A stretch of DNA of 63,367 nt, filler included, from Vannella sp. (lineage: Eukaryota), in NCBI GenBank assembly GCA_023345925.1. It is 8 parts of 8 records of this genome, joined end to end, with 100 filler letters (N's around TTAATTAATTAA, not from the genome) between each part and the next. Parts side by side here need not be neighbours in the genome. Positions count along the whole stretch, not along the records: positions 23,641 to 34,374 come from JAJQQN010000719.1; positions 34,475 to 38,891 come from JAJQQN010000738.1; positions 38,992 to 43,788 come from JAJQQN010000394.1; positions 43,889 to 54,108 come from JAJQQN010000001.1; 4 more parts are not named here. The stretch is one strand, 5' to 3'. Below the pieces are notes generated by a model. The model ran no database searches. It had not been told where the DNA came from and saw only the letters and a program-made list of their open reading frames with translations. Both the position numbers and the translations under genes were made by a program. This document shows, one piece after another, positions 33,091 to 45,509 of the stretch; within the stretch, counting starts at the first letter, position 1, and every line of letters starts with the position of its first letter.

Positions 33091-34899
33091 TGCAGCCACA
33101 CGAGCCGGGTCAAAATGCACAGCAATAAAGTTCCTAGTTCCTTCTTGGGGTGGCGCTGCTTTGAAGGATGCACATGTATCATGTCTGCACCAAAGATACA
33201 ACAATCTGCGCAGTGCCTCACCTTACCCCCTGCTTCTTTTGATGACAAGTGCTGGTTCGACGTGTCGATGGTGTCTTCGACCAACAAGACCGCTGTGTCA
33301 CCAAGCCTAAAGGCATGGGTAGCGAACATCTTGTCTACAAGTGCTGGGAAGCTGACACGAAGCTCATGGAGGAGAGTGATCTTCCGCATGCAAACGGACT
33401 ACAAGAGGAAATCACCTCACACGCGCCTATTCGCTTCTCCATCTTCACCCTGAAAGAGTGGGAGTTCTACATCACTGAAAAGAAAGAGGAATGCGAGCCC
33501 GAATCGATCAAGAGGAGAGCCGTCTCGAAGCACCATCCGGAGCCTTCTTCGAGACGGCTCTCCTCTTGTCAAAGAGTACGAGGAGGCCATCCGCTGGCCT
33601 CTCAACAAGATCCCGCCGGTTTGGGCTATCAATTAGTGGGAGAAGCTTGTTGTTCCGCCGGGTGACATTGTTCCGTGCTTGGGTTTTCCGCTTCGCCCTC
33701 GTTTGGAACTCCTTCACTGAGGAGGCTCGAGTAGAGTCTGAGTACAAGACTCAACTCTAAAACGAAATTCTCAATGAATGGAGATCCTGCGAGTGAAATA
33801 AAATCGCCTCCCAACCCAGTCCCCACACGCCGCTCAAAGCCCCTCACGCCTTTTGTCGTTGTCTTCCACGGCCCTCTCAGCCCCATCTACCATCAGCCCC
33901 TTCTCGATGTTTTCCACGTCCCTCACTGATCCTCTCATTGTCTCTCACTCTCCGTCAAGGAGTTGGAGGACTTCATAGCAGCAAAGAAGGGACGTCTCTC
34001 AACCCCTCAACAAGCTCCCTTCTGGGCCTCTCACACCTCTCAAGGCCTCATCAGGTCCCCTTCTAGCCTCTCAATATCTCATCTAGCCCAGTCAAGCCAT
34101 CATAACGCCCTCTCGAGCCATCATCAGGCCCTTCTAACCATCATTACGCCTCTCGAGCCATCATTAGGACTCATCATGCCTCCTTCTATGCCCTGCTAAG
34201 CCCTCTCAACTGTGGTTAACTCCGGTTGTCCAGACCCAACAAGCAACAGAATCCCAGAATCCTTGGTCTTGTTGCGGAGCTTGTTAAAAAGCGTGTCTCG
34301 CGAATCCCACCAGATCACGACGCGAATCCCACCAAGATCGTTTCCTGGAATAAATCCAAATATAGATCCTGTTTNNNNNNNNNNNNNNNNNNNNNNNNNN
34401 NNNNNNNNNNNNNNNNNNTTAATTAATTAANNNNNNNNNNNNNNNNNNNNNNNNNNNNNNNNNNNNNNNNNNNNGCGATCGGTCAATCGCTTTTAAGTCG
34501 GCAATCGATCGTTCCTCAAGGCGGACTCCCGGATTGCAGATCTTCTTTGTTCATTCCTTGAACGCTCCTTGACTTTTCCTTTTCTGCCATTCTTGCCGGC
34601 CGACCCCTTCTCCTCCTTGAGAATCGGAAAATGTGCTTCTTGTAAAGTGGTTCTTCATTAGGAAGAATCATTGAATTTTTTTGTTGAGTTACCAAATGCG
34701 AAAAGAACCGCTACGACAAATGGTTCCAATATGGAAAATTTACTCGAACGAATACTCCGGTACTCCGAGAAGAAAACTGGCCAACTTTTTGGACGCTTGG
34801 CTTCAGAATTGTCTCAAAACCGAGCGAAATGCCCAACACGGGTCATTATTGGTCAACAATCACTTCAATGTACCCTCCATTCCATCAAGTATCATCTGA

Positions 34900-35650
34900 A
34901 TGGAACATGAGGGGAAAGAGGTGATGCTAGAGAGCGAGCGGCATGGAGGACTCTCTTTTGCAGTGAAAGAGCTAGCAGATGCAGAGTTGGGGTACTTTGC
35001 GTGGCCTTCTGCAGAAACCTTGGCGCAGTTCCTTTGGGAGAATCAGGAGTTGTTCGAAGGCAACTCTGTCCTTGAAGTGCCCACTCCCTTCCTTCATAGT
35101 AAGATACAACCTGACCACGCGCTAGATCGGTGCAGGAGTTGGAGTGGTTGGGATCACTTGCGCGAAGATCAAAGGAACCCGCGTTCTCTTGACTGACCGC
35201 GAAGATCCGCTCATTCTGGCAAACCTCCGTTACAACGTTGATACAAATGGCGTGTCAGAGCGTGTTACAGTTGATGTCCTCGACTGGAGGGCGTGGTACC
35301 TCTCGGATTCTCTCCGGGAGCTAACCTTTGACCTGATCATTGCGTCTGACTGCTTCTATGATTCATCAGGTCAGTGAAAACAGCTATGGACGCACTCATT
35401 GACCAGCATACTCACCAACAAACCAGACTTTGAGGATATCCTCGCCCTCATCCACTATTGTTGCACCATCAACCCCTCCTGCCGCTGTATCGCCTCCTAT
35501 CACATCCGAAACGAAAGAAGAACATTGATCCCTCTTCTCAGAGTGTGGGGGCTTGAGGCCAGTGTCTTGCAAGCTGCCAATAACGAAGAGGACTGTGAAG
35601 TCGAACTTCTCCTCTTTCGCCATGTTACTCCAAGGTTAAAGGCGATTTGA
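34900..35650 (+). CDS. Family-16 protein methyltransferase, METTL23-like
   Basis: GYFAWPSAETLAQFL, VLE|IGAGVGVVG, LLTD, LDW, FDLIIASDCFY, DFEDIL. Two introns. Confidence 0.88.
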
Positions 35651-35704
35651 TCTATCGAATGACAATGATGAGTATCATATGATTTATTCATTATTATTCG
35701 ATCG

Positions 35705-36079
35705 ATGGAGGACGATAGCCTTGACGAGGGGTTGGCTCCGAGTCGCGACGACTTTGTTGTCAATGGCGCAGGGAGTGACGAAGAAGATGACGAAAGGACT
35801 CATCTCTTTCACCCTGAGAGGCCATACAAGGGCACGAACCCCGCTATCAAATGGGTGCGGGCCTCCTTGAAGGACATGGCGATAACTTCTAACCCAGGGC
35901 CGTGACAGTTCCGAAGTCTATCACCGATGGATCAAACAATCCTGGGTATATCTATGATCGTCTGTGGCGTCTTCTGGATAGTCCTCTTCATCGTACTTGT
36001 CTTCATGACCGCAGCTCATCACGAGAAAATCAAAATAGGCAGCGAGGAGCAGCCCTCCTCTGAGCTGCATCATCTCTAA
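35705..36079 (+). CDS. Small single-TM protein of unknown function
   Basis: Acidic N-terminus; an intron at about 35855-35896 leads to TM ISMIVCGVFWIVLFIVLVFMTAA and TAA at 36079. Confidence 0.55.
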
Positions 36080-36363
36080 GATCACGTAAAAGACGTTGCG
36101 TGGAAAGAAAGATGTCGGTGCACATCGGGGCAGCCCAGAAATGGAGATCGCTGGGCTAGTGAGGATTGGGTTATTATGCGCAGCACGCTACTATGCACGG
36201 TCTTTCAATGAAGAGATCATTGGCCTTTCAGCCTCCCCAACATCAAATTCGCCGTGAACTGAACTGCTTGGCTGATGAAGGAAGGGCGGACCGATGGTCC
36301 TTTGGTGGCTGCTTGTATTATGGTATCAGAGCGATTGCTGGTAACTGGTGCCGTCAAGAGAAG

Positions 36364-37588
36364 CTAGGGCTGAGGTGGTGTGAGGAACTCGACGAAAGAG
36401 GCGATGGGGAAGTCACCAGACTCGAGGGGGAGGATGACACCTTTGTCTGTGATGATAGCAGAGATGAGAGAGGCTGGTGTGACGTCAAAGGCAGGATTCC
36501 ACACTTGGATAGATGTTGGGGCAATCTGAATGCCCTTCAGATGAGTCACCTCGACGGCGCTCCTTTGCTCAATGACAATGTCCCGGCCATGCGGTGTCTC
36601 AGCATCCAGCGTCTCTGTGGGTGCAGCGATGTAGAATTTGATGTTGTGATAGCGACAGAGGACCGCCAGAGCGTATGTACCGATCTTATTGGCCGTGTCC
36701 CCGTTGGCAACGATCCGATCAGCTCCCACCACAACAGCATCCACCTTCCCCTGCGCCATGAGGGCTCCTGCCATCGAGTCAGTGATAAGAGTAGCGGGTA
36801 TTCCATCGTGAACGAGTTCAAGGGCAGTCAGACGACTCCCCTGGTTGTAAGGGCGAGTCTCCGTGCAAAAGGCGTGTTCCAAATTCCCATTACTGTGGAG
36901 GGCGCGGATGACACCCAGCGCAGTTCCATAGCCAGCAGTGGCAAGAGATCCCGTGTTGCAGTGTGTGAGGACAGAGATCCTGGCGCGAGGTGGCTCCACG
37001 CTTAAGAAAGGCTCAAGGAGACAGGACGCTCCAAACTGGCCCATCTTCTTGTTGTTGGTGACATCGTCTGCAAAGAGCCGTTCTGCCTCGTCAATGACAC
37101 AGTGGATAAGATCAATCGGGGCCTGAGAGTGCGTGGCTAAGGAGCGCAGTTGGTGTTGGAGTTGGTCAATGGCATTGAAAAGGTTCACAGCAGTTGGTCG
37201 GGAGGATCGGAGGCTATCCAGCTGTTTGATCAGAAGGAGGAGGACTGTGTCCATCTCTCCAGACTCCAAGATGGTCTTCTCTGAGGGCGATAAGGCTCAA
37301 GCTGGAGAGGATGAGTGAAGGACTCTCACGTTCGTTATGAGCCCAGGTGGCAACTGCAAGAAGCCCACAGATAGCAATAGCAGGCGCTCCTCGAACCTTC
37401 ATGGTGTGAATGGCGTCCCATCCGTCTTCAACAGTGCGGATGGGGACCCAGACGAACTCTTGGGGCTACTTGGTGATCAGAGACTGTCGTACAGGTGCCT
37501 TCTTCCAAGAACGTACCAAGACTGTCTGGTCAATGAGCTCCAAAAGACCCCTTTGGTACCGGAAAGGTTCTAGCGGACCGGAGGACAT
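36364..37588 (-). CDS. MRI1: Methylthioribose-1-phosphate isomerase
   Basis: [78 protein letters not shown]. Confidence 0.95.
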
Positions 37589-37671
37589 GCCCGAACCCTG
37601 GAAGCAAGAGAAATAATGGTCTTGCAAGGGTTGGACAATCATCTCAGTCCTCCAACGGAAGGGCAGAGACC

Positions 37672-38891
37672 TTATTGAGTGTAGCAAGTCGAAAGGATCG
37701 CCAAACACCCTTCTCCTCCAGAATCGACCTCTTCTCTCGCTTGGATGCGGAGCTGTGAGACATCCAACTCCGTCGCAAGTGTAAATGAGAATACCATATG
37801 CCATGCCTCCAAAGGGAGAAGACAAACAGGCCGCAAGCCCCGAGAATGAGCTCGAAGGAGGATCGAGAACACGCTTTTCAGGGGCTCAGGAAGCCACGAG
37901 TGTCTTTCAGCCGCGTATCCGTACGCTTGCAAGTGGCTGGCTCTCATTGCCAACATCCCAAGCTGAAGAGGAGCTTGATTACTCAGATTCTCGGTCTGGA
38001 AAGCGAAGTTGTTGTGGTCGATCTTGAGGAGAGTCAGGCGCCTCATCTCTTCCATAGCTGAAGGTAGAAGAGAGATTCTGTTGTTGTCTAGCCTCACACG
38101 AGCCAAGCAAGGAAGGAGGCACATCTCTTCAGGGACGTTCTGAATGAGGTTGTTATGCAAGTAGAGCACTTGCAGCCCCAGCAGAGCTCCAATGGCTGGT
38201 GGAATGGTGACAATCTCGTTGTTGTTGAGGTACAATGAGCGGAGGTGCACAAGCCGGAGGCAAGACGAGGGAAAGAAGGAGAGTCTGTTGTGCGACAAAC
38301 TTAAACACCTCAACAGGGGCGCTTCGACCAACCAGCTCCCTTCCACATCATCCAAGTCATTGTGGCTTGCATCCACTTCCAACAACGATCTCGTCTGGAC
38401 AGTGGACAAGGCCGGAAGGGAACCAAAGCCCTGCCCGCGTCCCTCCCACACTCCAACCCGATCCATACGGAATGTCAATGAGAGGGACTGAGAAGATGGA
38501 GGTATCGTGATTCAATCGAACGAGCAAATGGCAGAGGAAAGCATCAGAGCGAGGGCGACCAAGCGGTTGTCTGCTCCGTTGGGAGGCATCTGCGTGGTGT
38601 GGGAGTCCGAGATGGCTTGGGATAGAGCAGTGACAATGGTTTGAGGCGATTCAACCGTCTCTATCAGAGCCTCCCAGTCTGGGAGGGACAAAGAGGTCTT
38701 TTCTCCTTCTTCTATCTCCTCCACAGTAAGAGGAAAAGACAGCATGGCGAGTACAGGCTGAAGCTTTGTTGCTGAAATACTCACAACCTTCGCCAACCAC
38801 TCGCGTTTCTCTTCTGCTAAGCCCTCTCCACTCAAGAAGGGGCAGCTCTCCATCTCTTCACACCACACTTCCCAACTCAAATCACGCGGTT
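37672..38891 (-). CDS. Leucine-rich repeat protein, probably 5'-partial
   Basis: Five to six LxxLxLxxNxI repeats in ORF 37672-38478; an upstream exon is open to the contig edge. Confidence 0.75.
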
Positions 38892-38991
38892 NNNNNNNNN
38901 NNNNNNNNNNNNNNNNNNNNNNNNNNNNNNNNNNNTTAATTAATTAANNNNNNNNNNNNNNNNNNNNNNNNNNNNNNNNNNNNNNNNNNNN

Positions 38992-39586
38992 TACGTTCCA
39001 AAGCAACGGGTTCTTGCCGATATAAGCAGGCCCCAAGGAGGTCCTCCAACTTCAGGCACGCAGACACCAACCTCGTCCTTTTCACAGTCCAACTTGTCTG
39101 TCAATAGGCTCCGGAGCTACACCCGAATGAGGAATCTGTGCGAGTGATGTGATGAGATGGGCCTACCTTGTCGCCACTCCACTTGGTTCCTCTCTCATCT
39201 CTGGAAAAGATGATTTTGATGATATCCAGTCCTGTGATCTCCTTGATCTCGCTGTTCGCCAGAGTTTTCCTCACTCGGTAGTTCGCAGCCGTGTCGTTGT
39301 AGTCACTGAGACGACCAATGCCAAGTTCCACGAGAGAACACTCGTAAGAGCGCTCCAAGAAACACTTCAGCTCAAACAGAGTGACGAAGGGCCGACTACT
39401 CATGAAGGAGAGGATGTTCACTTGGATGTCTTTGAAGCGGATGTTCCACAACTTGGCCACCTGAGCTCCCAGTGCTCTCCCATTCAGACGTTCCACTTCT
39501 GATGAAGTATTCACGTTTCTTCCTGCCCCTTGCTGAAGCGCTTCCAAGACCTTGGCAGGCAAAGGGGGCGGCGGAGGAGGGGCCAT
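38992..39586 (-). CDS. N-terminus of an unknown protein, 3'-partial; weak resemblance to the NO VEIN-like N-terminal region
   Basis: MAPPPPPPLP start; VTLFELK.FL...LVELGIGRL...IKEIT..DII pattern. Truncated by the linker. Confidence 0.4.
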
Positions 39587-39866
39587 GAGAAAAAAGTGTT
39601 TACTTCCCCTCTTCCCTGAATACCACTCCTTTTCTTAGAGTCCCCATTGAATGCCGGAGGTGCTTAAATTGTAAATTGGTCAATGATAAGAAGGGGACAG
39701 TTTCATTTGAATCAAAAGACAAGGGGAAATGTAAAATATTGCGCCATTATGATTATGAAGGAGCTTTATTGTTCATCATGAACGTGCGATGTCTTCATGT
39801 GGCTATTGACGTGTATCGTGCATCGTGTTGTGTTTTATTGATTAGTTCCATTTTGGCTCTCTTTTG

Positions 39867-42413
39867 ATGTCATCCACGGACGGGCGCAGCGACGAAGCTC
39901 TTTTGCGGGATTTGGTTCAACTTGCAGAGAAGAAGGTCCCTGAGACACTCAAGAATGAGTCTCTGATTGCCAGTATCCGAGTTATCATCCAGGAACTGGA
40001 GAGCGTACGTCGCATCGGCTCCTCTTTGAAGTTCTCACCTCTTTCTTCCTCGGGCCTAGTTTGGAGTCGACTTTTCCTCTGAGAAGACAAGTAAGGACAT
40101 TCGCACCTTAGTCTACGATACCGCTACCCGGTTCAAGGACGACAAATACCTTCATCACCGCTCCTTCTTCCTTTCCTACGTCGCAAAGGGCCAAATCAAC
40201 GCGGCCTTCTTCCCCACGTACCTCGCCTTCTTCAAACCTCGCTCTTGTGATGCCACCATCGATGCAGCTGCCTTTGAGAAGGAATGCGGCATTGGAGTAA
40301 GCTACACCAGCGAGCAGATCGAGGCGGAAGTCAACCGCGCTCTCGACGCCAAGAAGGACGCCCTCGCTAAGGATGGCTGGGGCTTCGGTTACGGAGCTGT
40401 TCTTGGACAGATCAAGAAGGCTCTTACCTTTGCTGACTCTGCCACGGTGGTCAACACCCTCGATGGGGAGCTTACCAAGCGCTTGGGCCCCCGTCCTTCG
40501 GTGGAGGAGCTCAAAAACGCTGCCAAGGAGAAGGCAAAGGCAGCGCCTAAGAAGGAGAAGGCTCCAAAGAAGGTTCCTGCAAAGGATGTTGCGAAAGACG
40601 CTCCCGCAGTGTATGAGACGTTGCCCGACACTGTGCAGTTCCATGAGCCCCATGAGAACGTCCAACGAACTCCAGAGCTTCTAGCAGCCCATCTGAAGGC
40701 CACTGGAGGACAAGTGCGAACCCGTTTCCCTCCTGAACCCAATGTAGGCCCTTGTCCTCCCCCTAGGTCCCTCTTCTAACCACTTGCAGGGCTACCTTCA
40801 CATCGGACACGCCAAGTCGATGAACCTTAACTTTGGGTACGCCATGAAGACTGGTGGAGTCTGCTACCTTCGCTTTGATGACACCAACCCCGCCAAGGAG
40901 AAGACCGAGTACATCGATAGCATCATCAGCGTACGTGAGGGGTACAGACGATGATCAGTTGTCTCACTGGCAGTTGAATGGCACAGAGTATGGAGTGGTT
41001 GGGCCACAAGCCCTGGAAGATCACCTATTCGTCGGATTACTTCGAGGAGCTATTCCAGTTCGCTGTGGAGCTGATCAAGAGAGAGAAGGCGTTCGTGTGC
41101 CATCAAACAGGAGAGGAAATGGCCCGAGACCGTCGTGCGGGAGTGGAATCTCCCTGGAGGAACCGCTCCGTGCAGGAGAACCTTTCTCTCTTCGAGAAGA
41201 TGCGCCAGGGACGTTTCAAGGAGGGAGAGGCTTGCCTTCGCATGCGTGCTGACATGCAAGCAGACAATCACAGTAAGCGCCCCCTCCCCACCTAACAAAG
41301 CGCTCATTCTGACCTGAACCTTGACCAGATCTTCGTGACTTGGTGGCTTATCGCATTATCTACGCACCTCACCCACATGTGGGTGATAAGTGGTGTATCT
41401 ATCCCACTTACGACTTCACTCACTGCATTGTGGACTCTCTGGAGGACATCACGCACTCTCTGTGTACTTTGGAGTTCGAGAATCGCAAGGCCTCGTACTA
41501 CTGGCTGCTCCATGCACTTGACTTGTACTGCCCTCCCCAGATTGAGTTCAGCCGCTTGAATGTGTCAGGTTATGCCATGTCTAAGCGCAAGCTGACTCTG
41601 ATGGTGGACCAGCGCATCGTTCATGGATGGGACGACCCTCGTATGCCCACCATTGAAGGTCTCCGCCGCCGGGGATACACTCCTGAAGGGATCAACAACT
41701 TCTGCGAGCGAGTGGGCATCACGAGGGCCAGCAACATGATCTCCCATGCTCTCTTGGAAGAATGCGTTCGCATGGACTTGGACAAGAAGGCTCCCCGCGC
41801 CATGGCCGTCCTCCATCCCTTAAAGGTGACAATTACTAACTTTGGGGAGGCCAAGACCATCGCCGTCCCAGACTTCCCAGCAGAGCCTGATTCCAAGACT
41901 CACGGGGTTCCCATTAGCAAGGTCATCTACATTGAACGGGAGGACTTCTCAGAAGAGCACCACAAAGACTTCTACCGCTTGACTCCTTCCCAGAATGTGG
42001 GATTGAAGTACGTGGCCGACGGCAACATCGCCTTTAGGAAGGCCATCCGCGATGCCAAGGGCCAATTGACCGAGATCGAGGTGGAAATAGTGTCCAAGGA
42101 GAAGGTCAAGTCACACATTCAGTGGGTCAGCTCGCTCTCTCCCTCAGAGAAGCCCAAGACGATTACAGTGAACATGTACGATTCTCTGTTCACAGTGGAT
42201 GACATTGCTGCGGTCCCCAACTTCTTGGATGCCCTCAATCCCAAGTCACTGGAAGTGCTCACCGCCTTTGTGGACCCTTCCTTGTTCGAAGTGACTGGCA
42301 ACCACGTCCAGTTCGAACGCCTTGGCTACTTCTTCCGCGACCCAGAGTCCACTGCCACTCGCCCACTATGGAACTGCACTGTTAATCTGAAGCAGGACAA
42401 GAGCAAGAAGTAA
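39867..42413 (+). CDS. QARS: Glutaminyl-tRNA synthetase (eukaryotic type, multi-exon)
   Basis: [68 protein letters not shown], plus the eukaryotic N-terminal extension. Confidence 0.96.
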
Positions 42414-42509
42414 CTGCTCACACAATCTAAGCATGAATCCCTCCTTTTGCACGCTCAAGTCGTTGTTGTTAGGTCACTTTGTTACAGAAGCACTCTCAAA
42501 CTGTCAGAG

Positions 42510-43472
42510 TCATGCCAAGGTGAACTTGGAATGCTTGGTGATCTCGTCAAAGAGCACAAGCGAGATGGCGCCGCCGAAGGAACGGAGACTGCTCGCTAAG
42601 AAGCCGCGGTAGAACCCGATCGCCCTCGATTGGCTCCAGATCTTACGGATGCAGTCGGAGGATGAGGTATAGAGCCGATCTGTTCCTCCCCCACGAAGGT
42701 GCATGTGACGGCGGACAGTGTCAAAGGGATAAGCGGTAATTTGTGCAGAGAAAGTCGTTGCCTGAGCAGCGAAGAACAGATCTACGCGTGAAGGGGGATC
42801 AGGGATGACGAAGCGTTTCAAGTTATCGTAGCCTCCAAAGTAGACTGCTCTATAAGGCACTATTCCGCACATGGCGATGCCCACGCCTCGATAAAGGGCG
42901 CGGATTCCGCCTTCTGTGGCGTACACTTGCCTCAGGCAATCCCGGAGGCCCACATAGCGTGTAGCACTCTTCTTTCCTATGTCGCTTGTGATTCTTGTTC
43001 GTGCCAGGTCCAAAGGATAAAGGGCGAGGAGGGCAGTGGCCCCCGCAGCGCCACCCGAAGCCATGTTGCGAAGTGCGTAGTCCAATCGGCCGATGGATTG
43101 GCCATTTCCTGCTGAGGGGAAGAAGATCTGCTTGAAGACATCCTTAAAGGCGAAGTTAAGGGACTGTGTGGGGAAGTAGCGGATCAGGTTGATCCCATTC
43201 CCTCTCCATAGAGTCCAGAAGCCTTGCTCACGACTGATTCTAAGTAAGGTGGACGTGACACCTTTGTACCTCGCCTCTGGTGTGATCTGGAGGGAGACAG
43301 ACTGTGTTTGGTGGAGAATCTTGACCCGCTCAAGAGGGGCCAGCAGGGACTTGGACAAGCTCGTCACACAAGCACCCACCACCATATCTTGTACAAACAG
43401 ACCCGCTCTCTCATTCCAATGGAGGCTTCTCAGCCCTTCCTGCTTCCCCGAGCCCCCCTTTGATCCCTCCAT
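42510..43472 (-). CDS. ADP/ATP carrier-like mitochondrial carrier, divergent
   Basis: APLERVKIL, WRGN..N.IRYFPTQSLNFAFKD, YPLDLARTR, YRAVYFGGYD, YPFDTVRRHMHL. Confidence 0.9.
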   Translation of the reverse strand: MEGSKGGSGKQEGLRSLHWNERAGLFVQDMVVGACVTSLSKSLLAPLERVKILHQTQSVSLQITPEARYKGVTSTLLRISREQGFWTLWRGNGINLIRYFPTQSLNFAFKDVFKQIFFPSAGNGQSIGRLDYALRNMASGGAAGATALLALYPLDLARTRITSDIGKKSATRYVGLRDCLRQVYATEGGIRALYRGVGIAMCGIVPYRAVYFGGYDNLKRFVIPDPPSRVDLFFAAQATTFSAQITAYPFDTVRRHMHLRGGGTDRLYTSSSDCIRKIWSQSRAIGFYRGFLASSLRSFGGAISLVLFDEITKHSKFTLA

Positions 43473-44385
43473 TCCTCAAATAAACTCGTTTCCTCAATTA
43501 AATCATATTTTGGTCCTTTCTCCATTATGACGGAGGACTGGCAGAGAGGGGGAATGGGTCACGTGACAGTTTAGTTGAGAGAACGGAGACGGCCGCCTAA
43601 GATGGTTCCTGAGCAAGGGCTGAAAGGCTTGTATGAGTTGCTGGAGATGCTGTCAATGGTCCAGTGGATTTGTGAACGATAAGAAGAGGATGGGGAAGAA
43701 CAAGGCCACTGGCAAGAAGCCCTTCAACATATTGAGAAGCGTCAATCACGTCCATTTGCTGGTCCCAAGCGACAGCGTTCCTTCTTCGNNNNNNNNNNNN
43801 NNNNNNNNNNNNNNNNNNNNNNNNNNNNNNNNTTAATTAATTAANNNNNNNNNNNNNNNNNNNNNNNNNNNNNNNNNNNNNNNNNNNNCCCAGTCAACAT
43901 CGATGAGTACCAAGCTTGCTTGCTGCTCTGGCAGCAACTACCTGGGCAGAAAGTTCGTCATGTTACTGCAAATGGGGCGGTTTCTCTTCACTGAAGACCA
44001 AAGGAGGTCTGGGCTCAACCTGGCAACGCTCGCTCTCTACACGCGACAAACAAGGCCACGGTTCAGCAAGTAGTTCGCTCGAAAGTGCTTGAATACGTCG
44101 TTCAACCGGTGTAGAGCGTCCTCGGTCCAATGGGCACTGCAAAAGCTACCACCTTTGTATGAGGCGTACATTCGATGTATCCTTCAAGGGCCGATTTATC
44201 ATTGTGATGACCAAACCAAAATAACGCATGTCTGTGCAACCCTAAACCCTAACCGCATTTTCGATGTTTTCAAAGTCGGCATTTCCCTCTCACAGGTTTG
44301 GCCCAGGAGAATATGGTGACAATTTTAGTATCCGCTGTACTCGAGCAAATACAGGGATTATTTATTGTCCACAGTTTTTATTCCG

Positions 44386-45276
44386 ATGAGCGAGGATGAC
44401 GTGTTGATCGATACCCATGGAGAGGAGATGGGAGACTTCCAAGAGGATGAGGATATGATGGAAGACGATCAGGAACTGACCCCACAGTTTCCTAAGCTTG
44501 CAACAGTTCTTCTCGAGGTTGGCGACAACCCTCTTTGATTGCGAGGATCTCTGCTGACCAAAGTAGGATGGAAAGCCTGCCATCAGGCGCATTCCTGTTC
44601 CTCCTCACCGCTATACACCTTTAAGGAATGACTGGGTGAAGATTTGCACTCCCATTGTACACAACCTGAAGCTACAAATCCGCATGAACCCCAAACAACG
44701 ACAAGTAGAGATCAGGGTGAGTACTCTCATCACCACAGTTCTCTGCATCTCACATATGTGTACAATAGACATCAGAACACACCGAAGAGGTCGGCTTTTT
44801 ACAAAAAGCGGCAGACTTTGTCAAAGCGTACATGCTTGGCTTCGAGGTGGAGGTGGGAGCCCTTTCCTCTCATGATACTGGAAGCTCACCTTCTACAACA
44901 GGACGCAGTCGCGTTGCTACGCTTGGATGACATTTACGTGGATTCTTTTGAAGTGGAGGATGGTTCGTTCTGCCCCTCCTGAGGGACCCCTTCACATACA
45001 GTCTAACCATGAAGAATAGTGAAAATGCTGCACGGAGAGCACATCTCGCGAGCCATTGGCCGAGTGACCGGCAAAGATGGGAGGACCAAGTTCGCCATCG
45101 AGAATGCAACGAAGACTCGCATTGTGGTAGCCGACAAGAAGATCCACCTGCTTGGCTCCTTTACGAACATCAAGATCGCTCGTGATGCCATCTGCGCCCT
45201 GATCATGGGATCGCCCCCTGGCAAAGTCTACTCCAAGCTACGATCGGTTGCCAGCCGCGTTAACGAGCGGTATTAA
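44386..45276 (+). CDS. PNO1: 40S biogenesis factor PNO1/Dim2 (KH domains), four introns
   Basis: RRIPVPPHRYTPL..DW, LKLQIRMN, KAADFVKA..LGF, ALLRLDD, HISRAIGR..GKDGRTKFAIENATKTRIV, GSPPGKVY. Confidence 0.96.
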
Positions 45277-45509
45277 CGCACTAATGGACTTCCTTTTGAT
45301 GCTTCTGGCTCAGAGTCTGTACTAGATGTACTCTTCGTCGATCTGGTGAGAAGGAACGGGAGCTTGATGACGTTGGTCTCCTCATCGGGTCGTTGCGGAA
45401 GAAGTCTGGAATTCAAGGAATCAAACCAAATAGGGAGGCAGGGGGTTCGCCGTAACAGTGTACGACGGATTCATCGTACTTCTCTCACTTTTCCCTGCCG
45501 CTCTGTGCC

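Noticed and set aside
32761..33760. LTR retrotransposon suggested by the DTG protease motif
   Set aside because: No gag CCHC, RT YxDD, integrase motifs or LTR pair are visible.
44203..44280. Other TGATGA motifs (about 16663, 35665, 44205) as snoRNAs
   Set aside because: None has a properly spaced D box, terminal stem or rRNA-complementary guide.
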